This document shows positions 22,761 through 36,212 of a stretch of DNA of 64,000 nucleotides, one piece after another. Numbering within the stretch: position 1 is the first letter of the stretch; the number at the start of each line of letters is the position of its first letter. The position numbers were made by a program, and so were the translations under genes. This stretch comes from Holothuria leucospilota (Eukaryota), in the NCBI GenBank assembly GCA_029531755.1, contig CM055976.1, positions 6,720,493 to 6,784,492 of the forward strand. The letters are read 5' to 3'. The notes beneath the pieces are model-generated. The model was given only the letters and a program-made list of their open reading frames with translations. It did no database searches and was not told the DNA's origin.

Positions 22761-24592
22761 ATGATGCTTCTTAGTACAACTACTGGGCTATATAGCCGAG
22801 CGACCTATCTTTGACTCGGGCTGTAGTGAGTTGGCTACTAGGGCGCTACTAATAGGTCCATATTAGGGATGTAGCCTTCTTTTCTTCTGGGTATGTTAAC
22901 ACTCTTGATAATTATCCTTTGTTTACCCTTGGGTACTGCCAGGAACAATATGCTTTGCGGTGTACTAAAACCGGGGAGCTCTTTAATATTTAGCTTCAAC
23001 AGCAACTTATGAGATAGCATGTAGGCCTAGACGTAATAAGCGATGTTTTGTTTACAAACTTCGCGGTCGCGCTTACGTTTCGCGCAACTGGTAGGAACCA
23101 TATGAGAGCGCCCTCTGTTAATTTTTACTCGGCTGGGCAGCCCCATTGTCCTTGAATGACTTACTTGAATGCTACGCATTACGCATTCAGGAGAATAGAC
23201 ATAGTCGGTTACGCAAGCAGCTCTGTGGGTGTATGAGACTTATACTTGAACAATACAATTATATTCCCGTTGAACGTGACCCTTCACTGCGCGCTGCATT
23301 TTGTTACTGTGGTACGCTCCTTCCAGCTAAAGCTTAGGATTTCTCTGGTTCAGGGCAGTTTGTTTTAGCACTGGTCGTTGCTATGACTTGCCCGCGTCAT
23401 TACCTTAGTTACTGAATGATAGGTAAAACTGTTTGCAGACAATTCGACGGCCAATACAAAGGCGTCAGGTAAGGTACAAAATTGCAATGTAATTCTACCT
23501 CGTTATTACATTCCTTCACAAGTAGACCTTATGCATATGATGTCACACGCAGAAAGTGCTCCCTCGTTTGGAGGAAAATGGCGTATCATTGCAAGTTGCA
23601 CTCCAACAAATGCAGACAGCTGATATGTCAACCAATCGTATACGCGCGTAAGTCTACTACACGTGCGGTGAAATCTACGCCGTGAGTGCACGTGTTCTTC
23701 ATTGTTTTCCTCCAAAATGACGTCAGTGTGACGTCAATGCATACGGTCTATTTGAGATCAGCAGAGGTTAGTGCATCATGTTTTCAGGTAACGATCGATG
23801 GTGTCAATCAGCCCATGCGAGGACGATCTTTCGACCCAAGTGTCAAATCAGCTGAATCTAACTTTTCATGTAGTGCTCTGACAAGTGCAAATAATGCGAC
23901 TAGCCGTTTGGATATTTTTCCCAAATGGAAACTGAAACAATGAAAAGAAAAAAAAATGAATTAAACGAAATAACAGAGACAGTTTGGAAAGAAACCACAA
24001 AACGAATCTGAAGTGCATCTGCTTGTATGCGACATGTTTTATGAACAGGGAAAACATGGAAATTATCATTTAAAGTTTCAGTGACTTAAAGTCCCAATAC
24101 GACTTTGTATAAAGAAATACTTAAACCGCCAAAGATCGTCATAGCACGAGAGCCAGATAATGAAGTTGGTAACAGTTTAAGAGGTTCTAACATACGTAGA
24201 AGAACAGTCTTAGCTTCTTTCGGGAGTAATCCTTGTCCGCAATGCAGATGTTGAATCCGGATTGCCAATTGAAATTCGAGTTCTCTGCTCGTAATGAGCC
24301 TATCAGTCAGGAGTATGAACCAATGAAAGTCAGTTTGTTTATGAATATTCATGAATAAACAATTATAGGTGCCTTGCCTACATGCTTAACTGTAGTGAAA
24401 TGTACGCACGTAAACAGTGCAGAGCATTTGCTTGTATATTCGATGGACTATACAAACTGCCTAGGACTATACTCAGGTTAGTGTAGGCTTAGAATTAAAT
24501 TGTAGTTAGAAATAATTACCCACGCCAACAAAATTGCTGCACAACTAACATGAAAAAGGAGGAAAACCTCACCTGAAATCCTAAGCAAGTTT

Positions 24593-24775
24593 GTTTCAAC
24601 CGATAATGTTAAAGTAATTTACCGACAATGTAAAAACAGCCGATAATGTGAAAAAAATTACCGATAATGTAAAAAAGTCTTTGAACCGTTAATGTAAAAA
24701 AAATTACCGATAATGTAAAAACGCTCGTCTACCGAATCTGTAATAAAGAAAAAATTACCGATAATGTAAAAACTG
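24593..24775. repeat. minisatellite (ACCGATAATGTAAAAA-type unit, 22-30 bp) of about 7 copies
   Basis: The motif accgataatgt(a/g)aaaa recurs seven times. An inverted copy of the same minisatellite sits at 34318-34425. Confidence 0.8.
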
Positions 24776-25296
24776 TTCTGACGACGATTCCATATGGTCC
24801 TAAGTACGTACAAGGGTGTATGTCTGTGTGTACGTAGGTAGGTAGGCGTGTATGCAGGTAGGTAACAAACTTTTTAACGATAATGCGAAAGTTCCTCTAA
24901 CACCAATATCTTACGGTCCCACGTACTTGTGTGTATGAATGTGTGTATGTAGGTAGGTAGGTCGGCAGGCCTGCCGCCCTACAGGCGGACAGGCGGGGGT
25001 AGATAGGTAGGTTTGTGCGTGTTTGCGTATGAGCGCATGCCGCCTATGTGAGTTCTTGAGTGTATTTAAATGGGGCACAAAAGTAACAGTGTATTTGTGA
25101 TTGTAAAACAACAAAATAAAAAAGTGGGGTTCCTAACCCACTATACTCAACATACATAGCTAATGCGTTTTGTGTAAGTGAGTAGCCTACGTGGTTTATA
25201 ACTGGGTATCGGAATTCTTTCTTGTTTGAGAAAGAGAATGGATGAAACGCCAGTAAAGCATTGTCTGATCGGACAGGTTACTCGTTATATGAGTGG

Positions 25297-25916
<620 letters not shown>

Positions 25917-26056
25917 CGCAGCAACTCCTGCATTTTTTTGACTTGTGGTAACCACTTAACACTGTCTGTTTTCCTAGCCGAGGTTTACCGTGCCCAATTT
26001 TATTGTGTATTTTTTAAATTGTACGTTTGGCCGTGTCAACGATCAGTTGCATTTTT

Positions 26057-26093
26057 GCCACCTGATGAAGGGTTTAAACCCGAAACGTCGTGG
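26057..26093 (+). ncRNA. minimal type-I hammerhead ribozyme (PLE-type) in the 3' region of the truncated PLE2 copy
   Basis: Helix I 5' strand ccac, then CUGAUGA (26062-68). Helix II is the GGGUUUAAACCC hairpin. GAAAC (26082-86) is followed by the palindromic dimerizing helix III ACGU and GUC|, with cleavage after 26089. Helix I 3' strand gugg pairs with ccac. Confidence 0.7.
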
Positions 26094-26174
26094 AATTTTT
26101 CACAAACTTTTAGCACTATTTACTACTTTATTTTTACCTACCTACTTCATAAGTGCTACGCAGTACTTTGACCC

Positions 26175-26323
<149 letters not shown>

Positions 26324-26383
26324 AGTATAAGCAAAAATAATAGCAAGAAACACAACTTTTGCTGCTCCACTATAATAAGTATA

Positions 26384-26423
26384 ATTCAATACGTTTCGGT
26401 CATTCGACCTTCCTCAGTTGAAC
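26384..26423 (-). ncRNA. hammerhead ribozyme of PLE1, minus-strand copy
   Basis: It is the reverse complement of the 30137-30176 motif (uugaac CUGAGGA a GGUCgaauGACC GAAAC GUA| uugaau). Confidence 0.65.
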
Positions 26424-26461
26424 AAACACAGTACACTGGTGATAAACACACAACAGAGGGC

Positions 26462-28477
26462 CTACGGGGCAAAATTGATACGCTTTTTGGAATTAAGTTC
26501 ATTTCTTTTGTTAAGGCCATAGGGGAAAATAGTACGCAATTGGGCAGTCCAGTAGATTTCACGGCTGAGGAGTTTCTTGTTGGTTTCTATGGTATCGGTG
26601 ATGCGTTCAATCGGGAGAAAAGCTAAGTCAGTTAATTCATGGGGAGTGTGGTTGAAATGGGTAGCTACAACGCAAGTTTTCTTATTAGTAAGCATGTGGG
26701 ATTTGTGATTACGAAATCTAACTTTAAATTCAGTAGAGGTAGAACCAATATACTGGACATTACATTTCGAACAAGTTAACAGATAAATAACATTCTTAGT
26801 GGTACAAGTGATGTACTGCTTAATGTAGTATGAGCGACCTGTGGCGGCACAGTAGAAAATACGAGAAGAAGATGAGTAGTTTTGACAGAGGTCGCATTTG
26901 TTGTTACAAGTAAAAAAACCGGGGGAGGTAAAATCAGGAAGGGGGCACTTATTCTTAAATTTTGAGGGCGCCACTAATTCTTTCAAATTTTTAGTCCTTC
27001 TGTAGGCAGGTATGATGGAACCCTCTGGGAAAATTTCTTTGAGGGTGGGAAGGGTGTAAAGCAACTTAATGTGTTTCTTAAGTATTTTGGAAATATTGGG
27101 GAGGATTGGGTTAAAGTCAAGTACAAGGGGATAAACCTTTTTTGTGATTTGGGATTTAGGTTTGAGTAAGTCATCCTGAGATAGACTAGTGGCTCGGTGA
27201 AATTGTTTATCAATAAGCTTAGGATTATAACCTTGCTGTAAAAGGTAATGTTTATATTCTTGACAACGTTTCATATAGGTATCATCCACGGAACATATTC
27301 TACGTAAACGTAATCCAACGCTATAAGGTATTGCATTTTTTGTGTGGATCGGATGAGAACTACTATGCGGGAGGTATAAATGACTGTCAGTAGGTTTAGA
27401 ATAAATATCAGTAGTTAAATATCCATCTTTTAAGTGAATAGAAACATCTAACACATTAAGTTTAGTGGTAGAATAGACCAATTCGAACTTAATAGTAGGA
27501 TACAAAGAATTAATGAAATTGGTAAATTCATGAAGTTTGGTTAAGCCATGCGTCCAAATATCGACAATATCATCCCTGTAACGCCACCAGTATCTTGGAG
27601 TGGCAGGACCTTGGGTCTTAGCCTTTTCGTCAATTATACCCATAGCTAGGTCTGCATAACTGCAGGCGTTTTTTGGGCCCATTGCAGTTCCATGTTTTTG
27701 GACATAGTTAACGTCATTAAATTGGCTGTTATTGGACGTTAAGCAAATGGTAACAGCTTCTACAATGCAGTCAGTGGAGGGAATTTGGTTTTCTCGGGTG
27801 TTAAGATATTTAGAAACAGCGGATATGCCTAATTTATTGTCGATATTGGGGAACATGGCCACAACGTCCCATGATACAAGAATGGTATTTGCAGGCAAGG
27901 GTCCTGAGTTATTGACTGCCTTAATTTTATTAAGGAGGTCAGAGGTATCCTTCAAGAATGATGGTAAGTTTTGGGCGAGTGGTTTGAGGTAAAATTCAGT
28001 GAAAGCAGATAGGCGTTCAATGGCAGTTCCGCAACAAGAGGTTATCAGCCTAACTGGATTACCGTCTTTGTGAGTTTTCACATTACCGTAAGCAACGCCT
28101 GGTTTTGGTACCACTTCGGTTATCCAATTAAAAATTTCTTCACTTATTTGTTGTCTCCTTAACCACTTATAAGCCCAATGGGTCACCTCCTGGTGGAATT
28201 TGTTAGAAGGATCTTCTGTCATAATGTTGTAATGCAAGGGGTTGGTGAGTTGTTGTTCCATCTTAGTTTGGTAGTCATTTTTGTCCATGATGACAAATCG
28301 GGAGCCCTTATCTTGGATTCTAATAACTCTGTCATCCTCTTTAAGCTTATGAATTGCCTTTCTCTCCTCTCTGCTAAGGTTATCTTTTGGGGCTCTTGTG
28401 TTTTCGGGATTTAGAATGTCAGCACGTAAGTTCTTAAGAAAGACTTCAACTTCAGGGATAGAAGATTTAGGAGGCAT
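26462..28477 (-). CDS. PLE1 reverse transcriptase plus GIY-YIG endonuclease ORF (671 aa), possibly N-terminally incomplete
   Basis: Taken from the ORF track. The YxDD-type RT core (YRDDIVDIW) and the GIY-YIG motifs were identified by eye. Confidence 0.75.
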   Translation of the reverse strand: MPPKSSIPEVEVFLKNLRADILNPENTRAPKDNLSREERKAIHKLKEDDRVIRIQDKGSRFVIMDKNDYQTKMEQQLTNPLHYNIMTEDPSNKFHQEVTHWAYKWLRRQQISEEIFNWITEVVPKPGVAYGNVKTHKDGNPVRLITSCCGTAIERLSAFTEFYLKPLAQNLPSFLKDTSDLLNKIKAVNNSGPLPANTILVSWDVVAMFPNIDNKLGISAVSKYLNTRENQIPSTDCIVEAVTICLTSNNSQFNDVNYVQKHGTAMGPKNACSYADLAMGIIDEKAKTQGPATPRYWWRYRDDIVDIWTHGLTKLHEFTNFINSLYPTIKFELVYSTTKLNVLDVSIHLKDGYLTTDIYSKPTDSHLYLPHSSSHPIHTKNAIPYSVGLRLRRICSVDDTYMKRCQEYKHYLLQQGYNPKLIDKQFHRATSLSQDDLLKPKSQITKKVYPLVLDFNPILPNISKILKKHIKLLYTLPTLKEIFPEGSIIPAYRRTKNLKELVAPSKFKNKCPLPDFTSPGFFTCNNKCDLCQNYSSSSRIFYCAATGRSYYIKQYITCTTKNVIYLLTCSKCNVQYIGSTSTEFKVRFRNHKSHMLTNKKTCVVATHFNHTPHELTDLAFLPIERITDTIETNKKLLSREIYWTAQLRTIFPYGLNKRNELNSKKRINFAP

Positions 28478-28605
28478 CCAAGTACACTCACAAAGACGGT
28501 AATCCAGTTAGGCTGATAACCTCTTGTTGCGGAACTGCCATTGAACGCCTATCTGCTTTCACTGAATTTTACCTCAAACCACTCGCCCAAAACTTACCAT
28601 CATTC

Positions 28606-30098
28606 TTGAAGGATACCTCTGACCTCCTTAATAAAATTAAGGCAGTCAATAACTCAGGACCCTTGCCTGCAAATACCATTCTTGTATCATGGGACGTTGT
28701 GGCCATGTTCCCCAATATCGACAATAAATTAGGCATATCCGCTGTTTCTAAATATCTTAACACCCGAGAAAACCAAATTCCCTCCACTGACTGCATTGTA
28801 GAAGCTGTTACCATTTGCTTAACGTCCAATAACAGCCAATTTAATGACGTTAACTATGTCCAAAAACATGGAACTGCAATGGGCCCAAAAAACGCCTGCA
28901 GTTATGCAGACCTAGCTATGGGTATAATTGACGAAAAGGCTAAGACCCAAGGTCCTGCCACTCCAAGATACTGGTGGCGTTACAGGGATGATATTGTCGA
29001 TATTTGGACGCATGGCTTAACCAAACTTCATGAATTTACCAATTTCATTAATTCTTTGTATCCTACTATTAAGTTCGAATTGGTCTATTCTACCACTAAA
29101 CTTAATGTGTTAGATGTTTCTATTCACTTAAAAGATGGATATTTAACTACTGATATTTATTCTAAACCTACTGACAGTCATTTATACCTCCCGCATAGTA
29201 GTTCTCATCCGATCCACACAAAAAATGCAATACCTTATAGCGTTGGATTACGTTTACGTAGAATATGTTCCGTGGATGATACCTATATGAAACGTTGTCA
29301 AGAATATAAACATTACCTTTTACAGCAAGGTTATAATCCTAAGCTTATTGATAAACAATTTCACCGAGCCACTAGTCTATCTCAGGATGACTTAATCAAA
29401 CCTAAATCCCAAATCACAAAAAGGTTTATCCCCTTGTACTTGACTTTAACCCAATCCTCCCCAATATTTCCAAAATACTTAAGAAACACATTAAGTTGCT
29501 TTACACCCTTCCCACCCTCAAAGAAATTTTCCCAGAGGGTTCCATCATACCTGCCTACAGAAGGACTAAAAATTTGAAAGAATTAGTGGCGCCCTCAAAA
29601 TTTAAGAATAAGTGCCCCCTTCCTGATTTTACCTCCCCCGGTTTTTTTACTTGTAACAACAAATGCGACCTCTGTCAAAACTACTCATCTTCTTCTCGTA
29701 TTTTCTACTGTGCCGCCACAGGTCGCTCATACTACATTAAGCAGTACATCACTTGTACCACTAAGAATGTTATTTATCTGTTAACTTGTTCGAAATGTAA
29801 TGTCCAGTATATTGGTTCTACCTCTACTGAATTTAAAGTTAGATTTCGTAATCACAAATCCCACATGCTTACTAATAAGAAAACTTGCGTTGTAGCTACC
29901 CATTTCAACCACACTCCCCATGAATTAACTGACTTAGCTTTTCTCCCGATTGAACGCATCACCGATACCATAGAAACCAACAAGAAACTCCTCAGCCGTG
30001 AAATCTACTGGACTGCCCAATTGCGTACTATTTTCCCCTATGGCCTTAACAAAAGAAATGAACTTAATTCCAAAAAGCGTATCAATTTTGCCCCGTAG
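28606..30098 (+). pseudogene. frameshifted PLE1 RT-EN ORF, the plus-strand copy
   Basis: Two overlapping ORFs in different frames have amino-acid sequences identical to the minus-strand ORF except at the frameshift region. Confidence 0.7.
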
Positions 30099-30136
30099 GC
30101 CCTCTGTTGTGTGTTTATCACCAGTGTACTGTGTTT

Positions 30137-30176
30137 GTTCAACTGAGGAAGGTCGAATGACCGAAACGTATTGAAT
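30137..30176 (+). ncRNA. minimal type-I hammerhead ribozyme of PLE1, with CUGAGGA and a GUA cleavage triplet
   Basis: Helix I 5' strand guucaa, then CUGAGGA (30143-49). Helix II is GGUC-gaau-GACC. GAAAC (30163-67) is followed by the palindromic ACGU and A17, with cleavage after 30170. Helix I 3' strand uugaau gives six base pairs including one G-U. Confidence 0.65.
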
Positions 30177-30330
30177 TATACTTATTATAGTGGAGCAGCA
30201 AAAGTTGTGTTTCTTGCTATTATTTTTGCTTATACTTTCTATATTATCATGAGAGAAACACCCTGGCATCCTATTTGGATCCTTTTGTTGGGAGTACATT
30301 GTTTGGGTATGTTGAACTTTCTTATTCTCG

Positions 30331-30362
<32 letters not shown>

Positions 30363-30367
<5 letters not shown>

Positions 30368-32294
30368 TGCCGATTTAGAACGTCTCCTTCCTCCCAAAGT
30401 AACTCCCTTTCGTAACATTTCTTTGGACGAGCAGAAGGCCATTCTGTCCCTCAAGAAGAACAAGAATTTGATTATTAAGCCTGCTGACAAGGGCGGTGCC
30501 ACTGTTGTTTGGCGTCGAGATCTTTATGTTTCTGAAGCTGAGAAACAACTCTCAGACCAAACAGCATACACCGAACTGCCGATAGACCCCACTTCTGAAA
30601 TCCAAACCTTGGTCAAGAAAACCTTAGCTACCCTTGTAAGTCAAAAACATCTTCCTGAATCGGCTAAAGCCCTTCTGCACCCTTGCCCACAAATCTCCAA
30701 TTTCTATCTACTGCCCAAAATTCACAAGGCCAATAATCCTGGTCGTCCCATTGTGTCTTCCCACAGCTGCCCCACGGTTCTGATTTCACAGTACGTAGAT
30801 TCTGTACTTTCCCCATTAGTTTCAACCCTACCTTCGTTTATCCAGGATACTCCTCACTTCCTTAGGTTAATTCAAAATTTTGAGTTTCCTGAGAATCCCA
30901 GTGAACGTACTTTATTCACCATGGATGTCAGCAGCCTCTATACTTCAATCCCCCATCACGCTGCTTTAGCAGCCATACGCCATTACCTTGATCAACGCCA
31001 GGACCCTAGCATCCCTACCACCACCTTTCTTCGCTTAACTGAACTAGTCCTGACACAAAATTGCTTTCAGTTCAATGGTCGTTTTTTCCGCCAAATTAAA
31101 GGAGTAGCTATGGGCACTAAACTGGGACCTTCTGTGGCCTGCCTCACCATGGGCCACTTTGAGGAGCAGTTGTTCTCACGATACACCGGGATCAAGCCCA
31201 TACTTTATAAAAGGTACATTGACGATATTGTTGGGGTCGCAGTGGGTCCTCGAAACGATTTGGAAAAGTTCATTAACTTTGCTGAAACGTTCTGCCCGTT
31301 TTTGAAATTCACTCACTGTATTTCCAACTCCTCAGTAGTGTTTTTAGACACGGAACTATCCATCTCCGACCGTCAAATCAAGTCCAATCTCCACTTTAAG
31401 CCTACTGACTCTCACAACTACCTCATGTACCCTTCCAACCACCCCAGATCTTGTACCAATTCGATTCCTTTCTCACAACTTTTACGGGCCAGACGGATTT
31501 GTTCCGACGACCAGGATTTCGCTAAAGTTTCCAAACAGATTATTTCTTTCTTTGAACAACGCCAGTATCCACAAAGAGTGCTCTCTAATGCCCTGAAACG
31601 CATACAAGGAATTGATAGAGCCTCTGCCCTTGCCCCCAAAACTGACCATACACCCACCAGACGTATCCCGTTGGTCCTATCCTTTCACCCATCTGTAACC
31701 CCCATTGTACGTGCCATTTACAGGAATGTAGAGACCCTCCGTCATGACCCATCCACCCGTGACCATTTCCCTGATCCCCCCATCACGGCATTCAGAATTG
31801 AAAAGAACATATCTAAGCACTTGGTCCGTGCCTCTCAACCTCAAGCAGTAGTGCCTGACACCCCAGGAACTTTTCCTTGCAACCGTGGGAGATGCAATAC
31901 TTGCCCGGTGGTCAGTTATGACATAAACCTTTCCATTGTAGGTCCCAACAACAACCGGTTTAACGTTCATCAGCATTTTACCTGTACTTCAGCCAATGTT
32001 GTTTACGTTCTCGTATGTAAACGCTGTAATATACTGTACGTGGGAGAAACAAAACGTCGTCTTGCTGACCGAGTCACCGAGCACCTGAGATCAATCAAAC
32101 AGAACCTCCCAGGGTTCCCGGTAGCCACCCACTTCAATCCCCCGTCAACATGCTCGATCCGTGACTTGATGGTTTCGGCGGCCATCTCGTGTCGAGGTTC
32201 CGATCATGACCGCCTAGCTGCCGAAAACCGCCTAATCATGAAACTTGGAACCCTGTCCCCACATGGTCTGAACGTTAGACTTGAACTGTTATAA
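30363..32294 (+). CDS. PLE2 reverse transcriptase plus GIY-YIG endonuclease ORF, about 643 aa after the (TA)n, with no Met start in the element
   Basis: The ORF-track ORF is trimmed to the part downstream of (TA)n. The region from KPADKGG onward is homologous to the Penelope/Poseidon RT, as recognised from memory. Confidence 0.7.
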
Positions 32295-32439
32295 CGCAGC
32301 AATTCCTGCATTATTTTGACTTGTGGTAACCACTTAACACTGTCTGTTTTCCTAGCCGAGGTTTACCGTGCCCAATTTTATTGTGTATTTTTTTTTTTAA
32401 ATTGTACGTTTGGCCGTGTCAACGATCAGTTGCATTTTT

Positions 32440-32476
32440 GCCACCTGATGAAGGGTTTAAACCCGAAACGTCGTGG
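32440..32476 (+). ncRNA. minimal type-I hammerhead ribozyme in the PLE2 3' UTR
   Basis: ccac CUGAUGA (32445-51) ag GGGUUUAAACCC GAAAC (32465-69) GUC| gugg, identical to the 26057-26093 copy. Confidence 0.7.
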
Positions 32477-32519
32477 AATTTTTCACAAACTTTTAGCACT
32501 ATTTACTACTTCATTTTTA

Positions 32520-32522
<3 letters not shown>

Positions 32523-32612
<90 letters not shown>
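32523..32612. repeat. (TA)45 microsatellite at the 3' end of PLE2; further (TA)n blocks lie at 30338-30362, 32750-32772, 32965-33036 and 33187-33290
   Basis: Read directly. Confidence 0.95.
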
Positions 32613-32616
<4 letters not shown>

Positions 32617-32760
32617 CGAGAATAAGAAAGTTCAACATACCCAAACAATGTACTCCCAACAAAAGGATCCAAATAGGATGCCAGGGTGTTTCTCTCATGA
32701 TAATATAGAAAGTATAAGCAATAAGTATTGCTATTATTTTTGCTTATACTTTCTATATAT
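32613..32760 (-). repeat. inverted copy of the ~120-bp terminal segment of PLE1 (matching 30225-30345)
   Basis: The reverse complement of 32613-32760 matches ...ctttctatattatcatgagagaaacaccctggcatcctatttggatccttttgttgggagtacattgtttgggtatgttgaactttcttattctcgtt. Confidence 0.7.
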
Positions 32761-32963
32761 ATATATATATATATGTATAGGCCTTCTCACTGGTGTTCGG
32801 TTTCAACGAAAGGGTCACCTACCGCACCCTCATTTTGCCCCAATAGTGATTTGCATAACGCCGATTATGAAAAGAATATTGTCACGATTCTAAATGTCGG
32901 GGAGAGAAATTCATACCTCCGTTAGTAGGGGTGAGGATGGAAAAATCAAGCAGGATAGCTATT

Positions 32964-33037
<74 letters not shown>

Positions 33038-33237
33038 GGTGATGGAATCCACGTGTGCTCACACACGTGTGTTCACACGTGTGGAACACAGGTGTGTTCG
33101 AAAATTTCGTATCACCATATATTGTACATATTTGCTATATATTTGCAATAGATCGAATACGTGCTTCAAAATGTCAACCGGCCTGTTATATATATATATA
33201 TATATATACATATATATATACATACAAACATATATAC

Positions 33238-33269
<32 letters not shown>

Positions 33270-34317
33270 TATATATCCATATGTATATATATTAAGTATG
33301 TATGAATATGTACTTAATTATGTACTTTCACGGTCCTTAAAGACAGATCACCTTCGGACCATGATGTAGGTCAATATGTAGTGCATGACCTTTTGACGGA
33401 GTAATCCCCTTCCTACTATCATCTCGGAGATAGGAGCCTTCTCCGGAGGTAAGGCGCAACTGGCCCACGTATTAGTGAAGCCAAACATGGAAGGGAAAAC
33501 TTTCACTCCACATTTTTAACAAGTGCAATCGAAATCATATTCCTAAATTTTAATTGGTAACCATCTAGTATGAAAACTGGGTGTTTTGAAATGCCTAGAA
33601 TCTACTCTGGGGGACACTGACTCTGAAGTGGGCCTTTTAAAGGCCCGCACATCCCACTACGACCGAGAGACGGGATGACTGACTTCAGATCTGTTTTCAG
33701 CATGGTCGATAACCTCTAGGACGCAATTCTTATCAAGCGTGAGTAACTTCCATTTCATCCCCTTCTTCCCCTGGGGTTGTCAACGGGTGAGAGGGAATAA
33801 CCTTCCTTCAGCTTCAGAATAACGATAATAACACGCCTGGGTTTTCGGACGACTGCTCATTTCAAAAATATAATTTTTAGTCCTTTAGATTTTGAAATAT
33901 TTGGTTTCCATTAGAGGGCGCCCTGTATAGGCCATAGACCTGTGCAAGTAAGCTGTGCCATAAATATGACCCACCTTTATGTAATAAAATATGTTGCAGT
34001 CCTTCATATTTTTTATCGTAGATACTGTATGTTCTTTTTGGTGAGCTTGCGGATCAACAGAGGAGTGAGGGCGCTTTAAGTATATGAAGGAAAAATATGA
34101 TAGTATTATGTATTTGGCCCAGACAATTGGAAAAGGTGACCTTTAATTTTTCTGCTGTCTTTCAGTGTACCTTTTTAAGGGAAATATACCTTCAAGAGAA
34201 CGATGTAAAATAGGGGTGGAGCCCCTTCCCCTGGGGTATGACCTACGACCTTTCTGAATTAACGTATGAATTTTTGATAAAATTCCACGTTTCCATTTCA
34301 TATGAAAACGTCATTAG

Positions 34318-34425
34318 AACAGTTTTTACATTATCGGTTCTTTTACATTATCGGTTGTTTTTACATTATCGGTAATTTTTTTTACATTATCTGTCGTTTT
34401 GACATTATCGGTTGTAACAAAGGTA
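34318..34425. repeat. inverted copy of the ACCGATAATGTAAAA minisatellite (ttttacattatcggt units, 5 copies)
   Basis: It is the reverse complement of the 24593-24775 array. The match extends 7 bp past the array (tttgtt.caaccgataatg on the left, cattatcggttg.aacaaa on the right). Confidence 0.8.
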
Positions 34426-35074
34426 ACCTTGCCTGGCACAGCGAGGAAAAATACAGGCAGGCTATACGAACATGCACAGCCGCAGTGTGGCCGCCAATTT
34501 CACGCAAGTTGACTGCTTGTGTGTTACTGCCCTATAGCTACATTCTTCGTGCGTCAAGCACATCGTAGCCTATCATTCGTCGTTGATTAGTGCCAGGGCT
34601 GTAACCGAGTCCACCTAATCCGAGTCCGAGCCAATTCCGATTCCAGTGATCCCAATTCCGAGTCCGGTACCCCGCGAGTCCAAGCCGAGTCGGAGTCCAG
34701 AGGACCCAAGTCCGAGCCGAGTCCGAATCCATCCCCATAAGTAAATGTGCTGTAAAATTCTTGGAAACTGGCAGCGCCGTATGTGAATACAGGAGCATGA
34801 GTGCGGGTACGGGTACCAAGTCATGGGTGTGGGTACGGATATGGGGGCTGGTACAGGTACGGGTAACAGGTCATGAGCCCGGACACGGGTACTGGTCATG
34901 AGTACGTGGTTTTGAGTTTGGGTATGGTATGTGTGCCAGGTCGTGAGAAGCTGGTACAGGTGCAAGTCCCGGGTCACGAACTTGAGCACAGACCGGGGGT
35001 ACCACAACATGAGTATGGATACCAGGTCATGATCAAGGGACTTTCATACCCAACCCCTACTCCAAATCCAGATA

Positions 35075-35600
35075 TGGGTTGATATCTGGATATATCTGGT
35101 TAAATACAGCCTTTATATGGCCATATCAAGCCCGATATAACTTGATACAATGCAATTCCAGATATGCAAATAAAGTTTTATATGGCCATATCAAGCCAGA
35201 TATAATTTGATAAAATGCCAACCCATATATGCAAATAAAGTTTTATATGGCCATATCAAGCCACATATAAATTGATACAATGCAATTCCAGATATACAAA
35301 TAAAGTTTTATATGGCCATATCAAGCCAGATATAATGGATGAAATGCCTTTCCAGATATGTAAATAAAGTTTTATATGGCCATATCAAGCCAGATATAAA
35401 CTGAAGAATTGTCTGTCCAGATATGTAAATACAGTTTTATATGGCCATATCAAGCCATATATAAACTGATACAACGCAATTCCAGATATGCAAATAAAGT
35501 TTTATATGGTCATATAAAGCCAGATGTAATGGATGAAATGCCTTTCCAGATATGTAAATAAAGTTTTATATGCATGGCCATATCAAGCCAGATATAAGTT
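35075..35600. repeat. satellite family 1: unit of ~57-60 bp (ccagatatgcaaataaagttttatatggccatatcaagccagatataa.ttgat.aaatgc), about 9 copies; a second array lies at 36425-36900
   Basis: Tandem periodicity is read directly. Both arrays are followed by a similar ~440-bp tail (tagatatgcaaatgagcattttgttagtttgttttatt...). This implies a ~1.3-kb segmental duplication covering 35070-36050 and 36420-37330. Confidence 0.8.
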
Positions 35601-36212
35601 GATATGCTAGATATGCAAATGAGCATTTTGTTAGTTTGTTTTATTTTTTATTTGATTTGATTCTTGGATTATACTTGTTACAAATTAAGACATGTTTTGG
35701 ATACAGCATCACCTTCCCAGACATTGCAGTTATTTAGTGGCCACACTTTTTTAATACTGCAGTATACTAAGTGAACTTATGCAAATGATTTCCATATTTG
35801 GGCAGAGCTTGTATCTAAACCTACATTTTTCATGATTTAGGAAGTTGAAAGTAAAATATGCACTTTGCAGTAAACAAAATTTAGAGTCAAATACTTAATA
35901 AAGTTTAAAATAAGAAGCCCATATCACTGTGATTACATAAAATAGGAAATTTCAAGGCGTTTTTCTGTTCACTGTTATGAAATAAGTTGAATTTATGCAC
36001 CTAACTCAATTCAACTCAATTCTTACATAAAATTCTTTATGGAGCTTTTAAACATTTTCTGCATACTAACCTGAGTATTAAAAAAGACTCTTTTGTTCCC
36101 TGTTGTATGGTGTGTATAGTTTGTTTGGCATTGTGTTTGTGATCAGACGGATTTTGTTTGGGTTTGGGGTTCTTTAGTTTCTCAGTGCCTGTTTCTACGT
36201 ACTTAAAAAGCT

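Larger units (their letters stand above)
26325..28486 (-). mobile_element. Penelope-like element family 1 (PLE1), minus-strand arm of a head-to-head inverted pair
   Basis: It contains the 671-aa ORF 26462..28477 (-) with RT motifs ([13 protein letters not shown]...[13 protein letters not shown]), the Cys linker CNNKCDLCQ and GIY-YIG ([18 protein letters not shown]...R.RNH). Its 3' region carries a hammerhead ribozyme. Confidence 0.8.
28487..30250 (+). mobile_element. inverted, 5'-truncated and frameshifted copy of PLE1, the plus-strand arm of the pair, joined to the minus arm with no spacer
   Basis: The sequence from 28487 onward is the reverse complement of roughly 28076 downward. The ORFs 28606..29577 and 29496..30098 together reproduce residues ~134-671 of the minus-strand protein, with one frameshift at an A-run near 29440. 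The identity is about 98%. Confidence 0.75.
30300..32520 (+). mobile_element. Penelope-like element family 2 (PLE2), RT plus GIY-YIG, probably 5'-truncated, flanked by (TA)n on both sides
   Basis: The ORF 30171..32294 begins inside PLE1 3' sequence and (TA)n, so its true coding region starts near 30363. It carries RT motifs (KPADKGGATVVW, FRQIKGVAMGTKLGPS, YKRYIDDIVGV), the CNRGRCNTCP linker and GIY-YIG (VVYVLVCKRCNILYVGETKRRLADRVTEH). Its 3' UTR carries a hammerhead ribozyme. Confidence 0.8.

Noticed and set aside
30171-30362. The N-terminal 64 codons of the 707-aa ORF
   Set aside because: This stretch is the reverse-strand reading of the PLE1 3' terminus, including the hammerhead, plus a (TA)n tract. 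The PLE2 coding region proper starts after 30362 and has no Met there, so the element is probably 5'-truncated.
34538-35082. Minus-strand ORFs of 93 and 131 aa, and the plus-strand ORF of 69 aa
   Set aside because: They span ccgagtcc/ccgattcc low-complexity repeats and (ggtac)-rich sequence. The same repeat occurs inverted at 54380-54530. There are no coding features.
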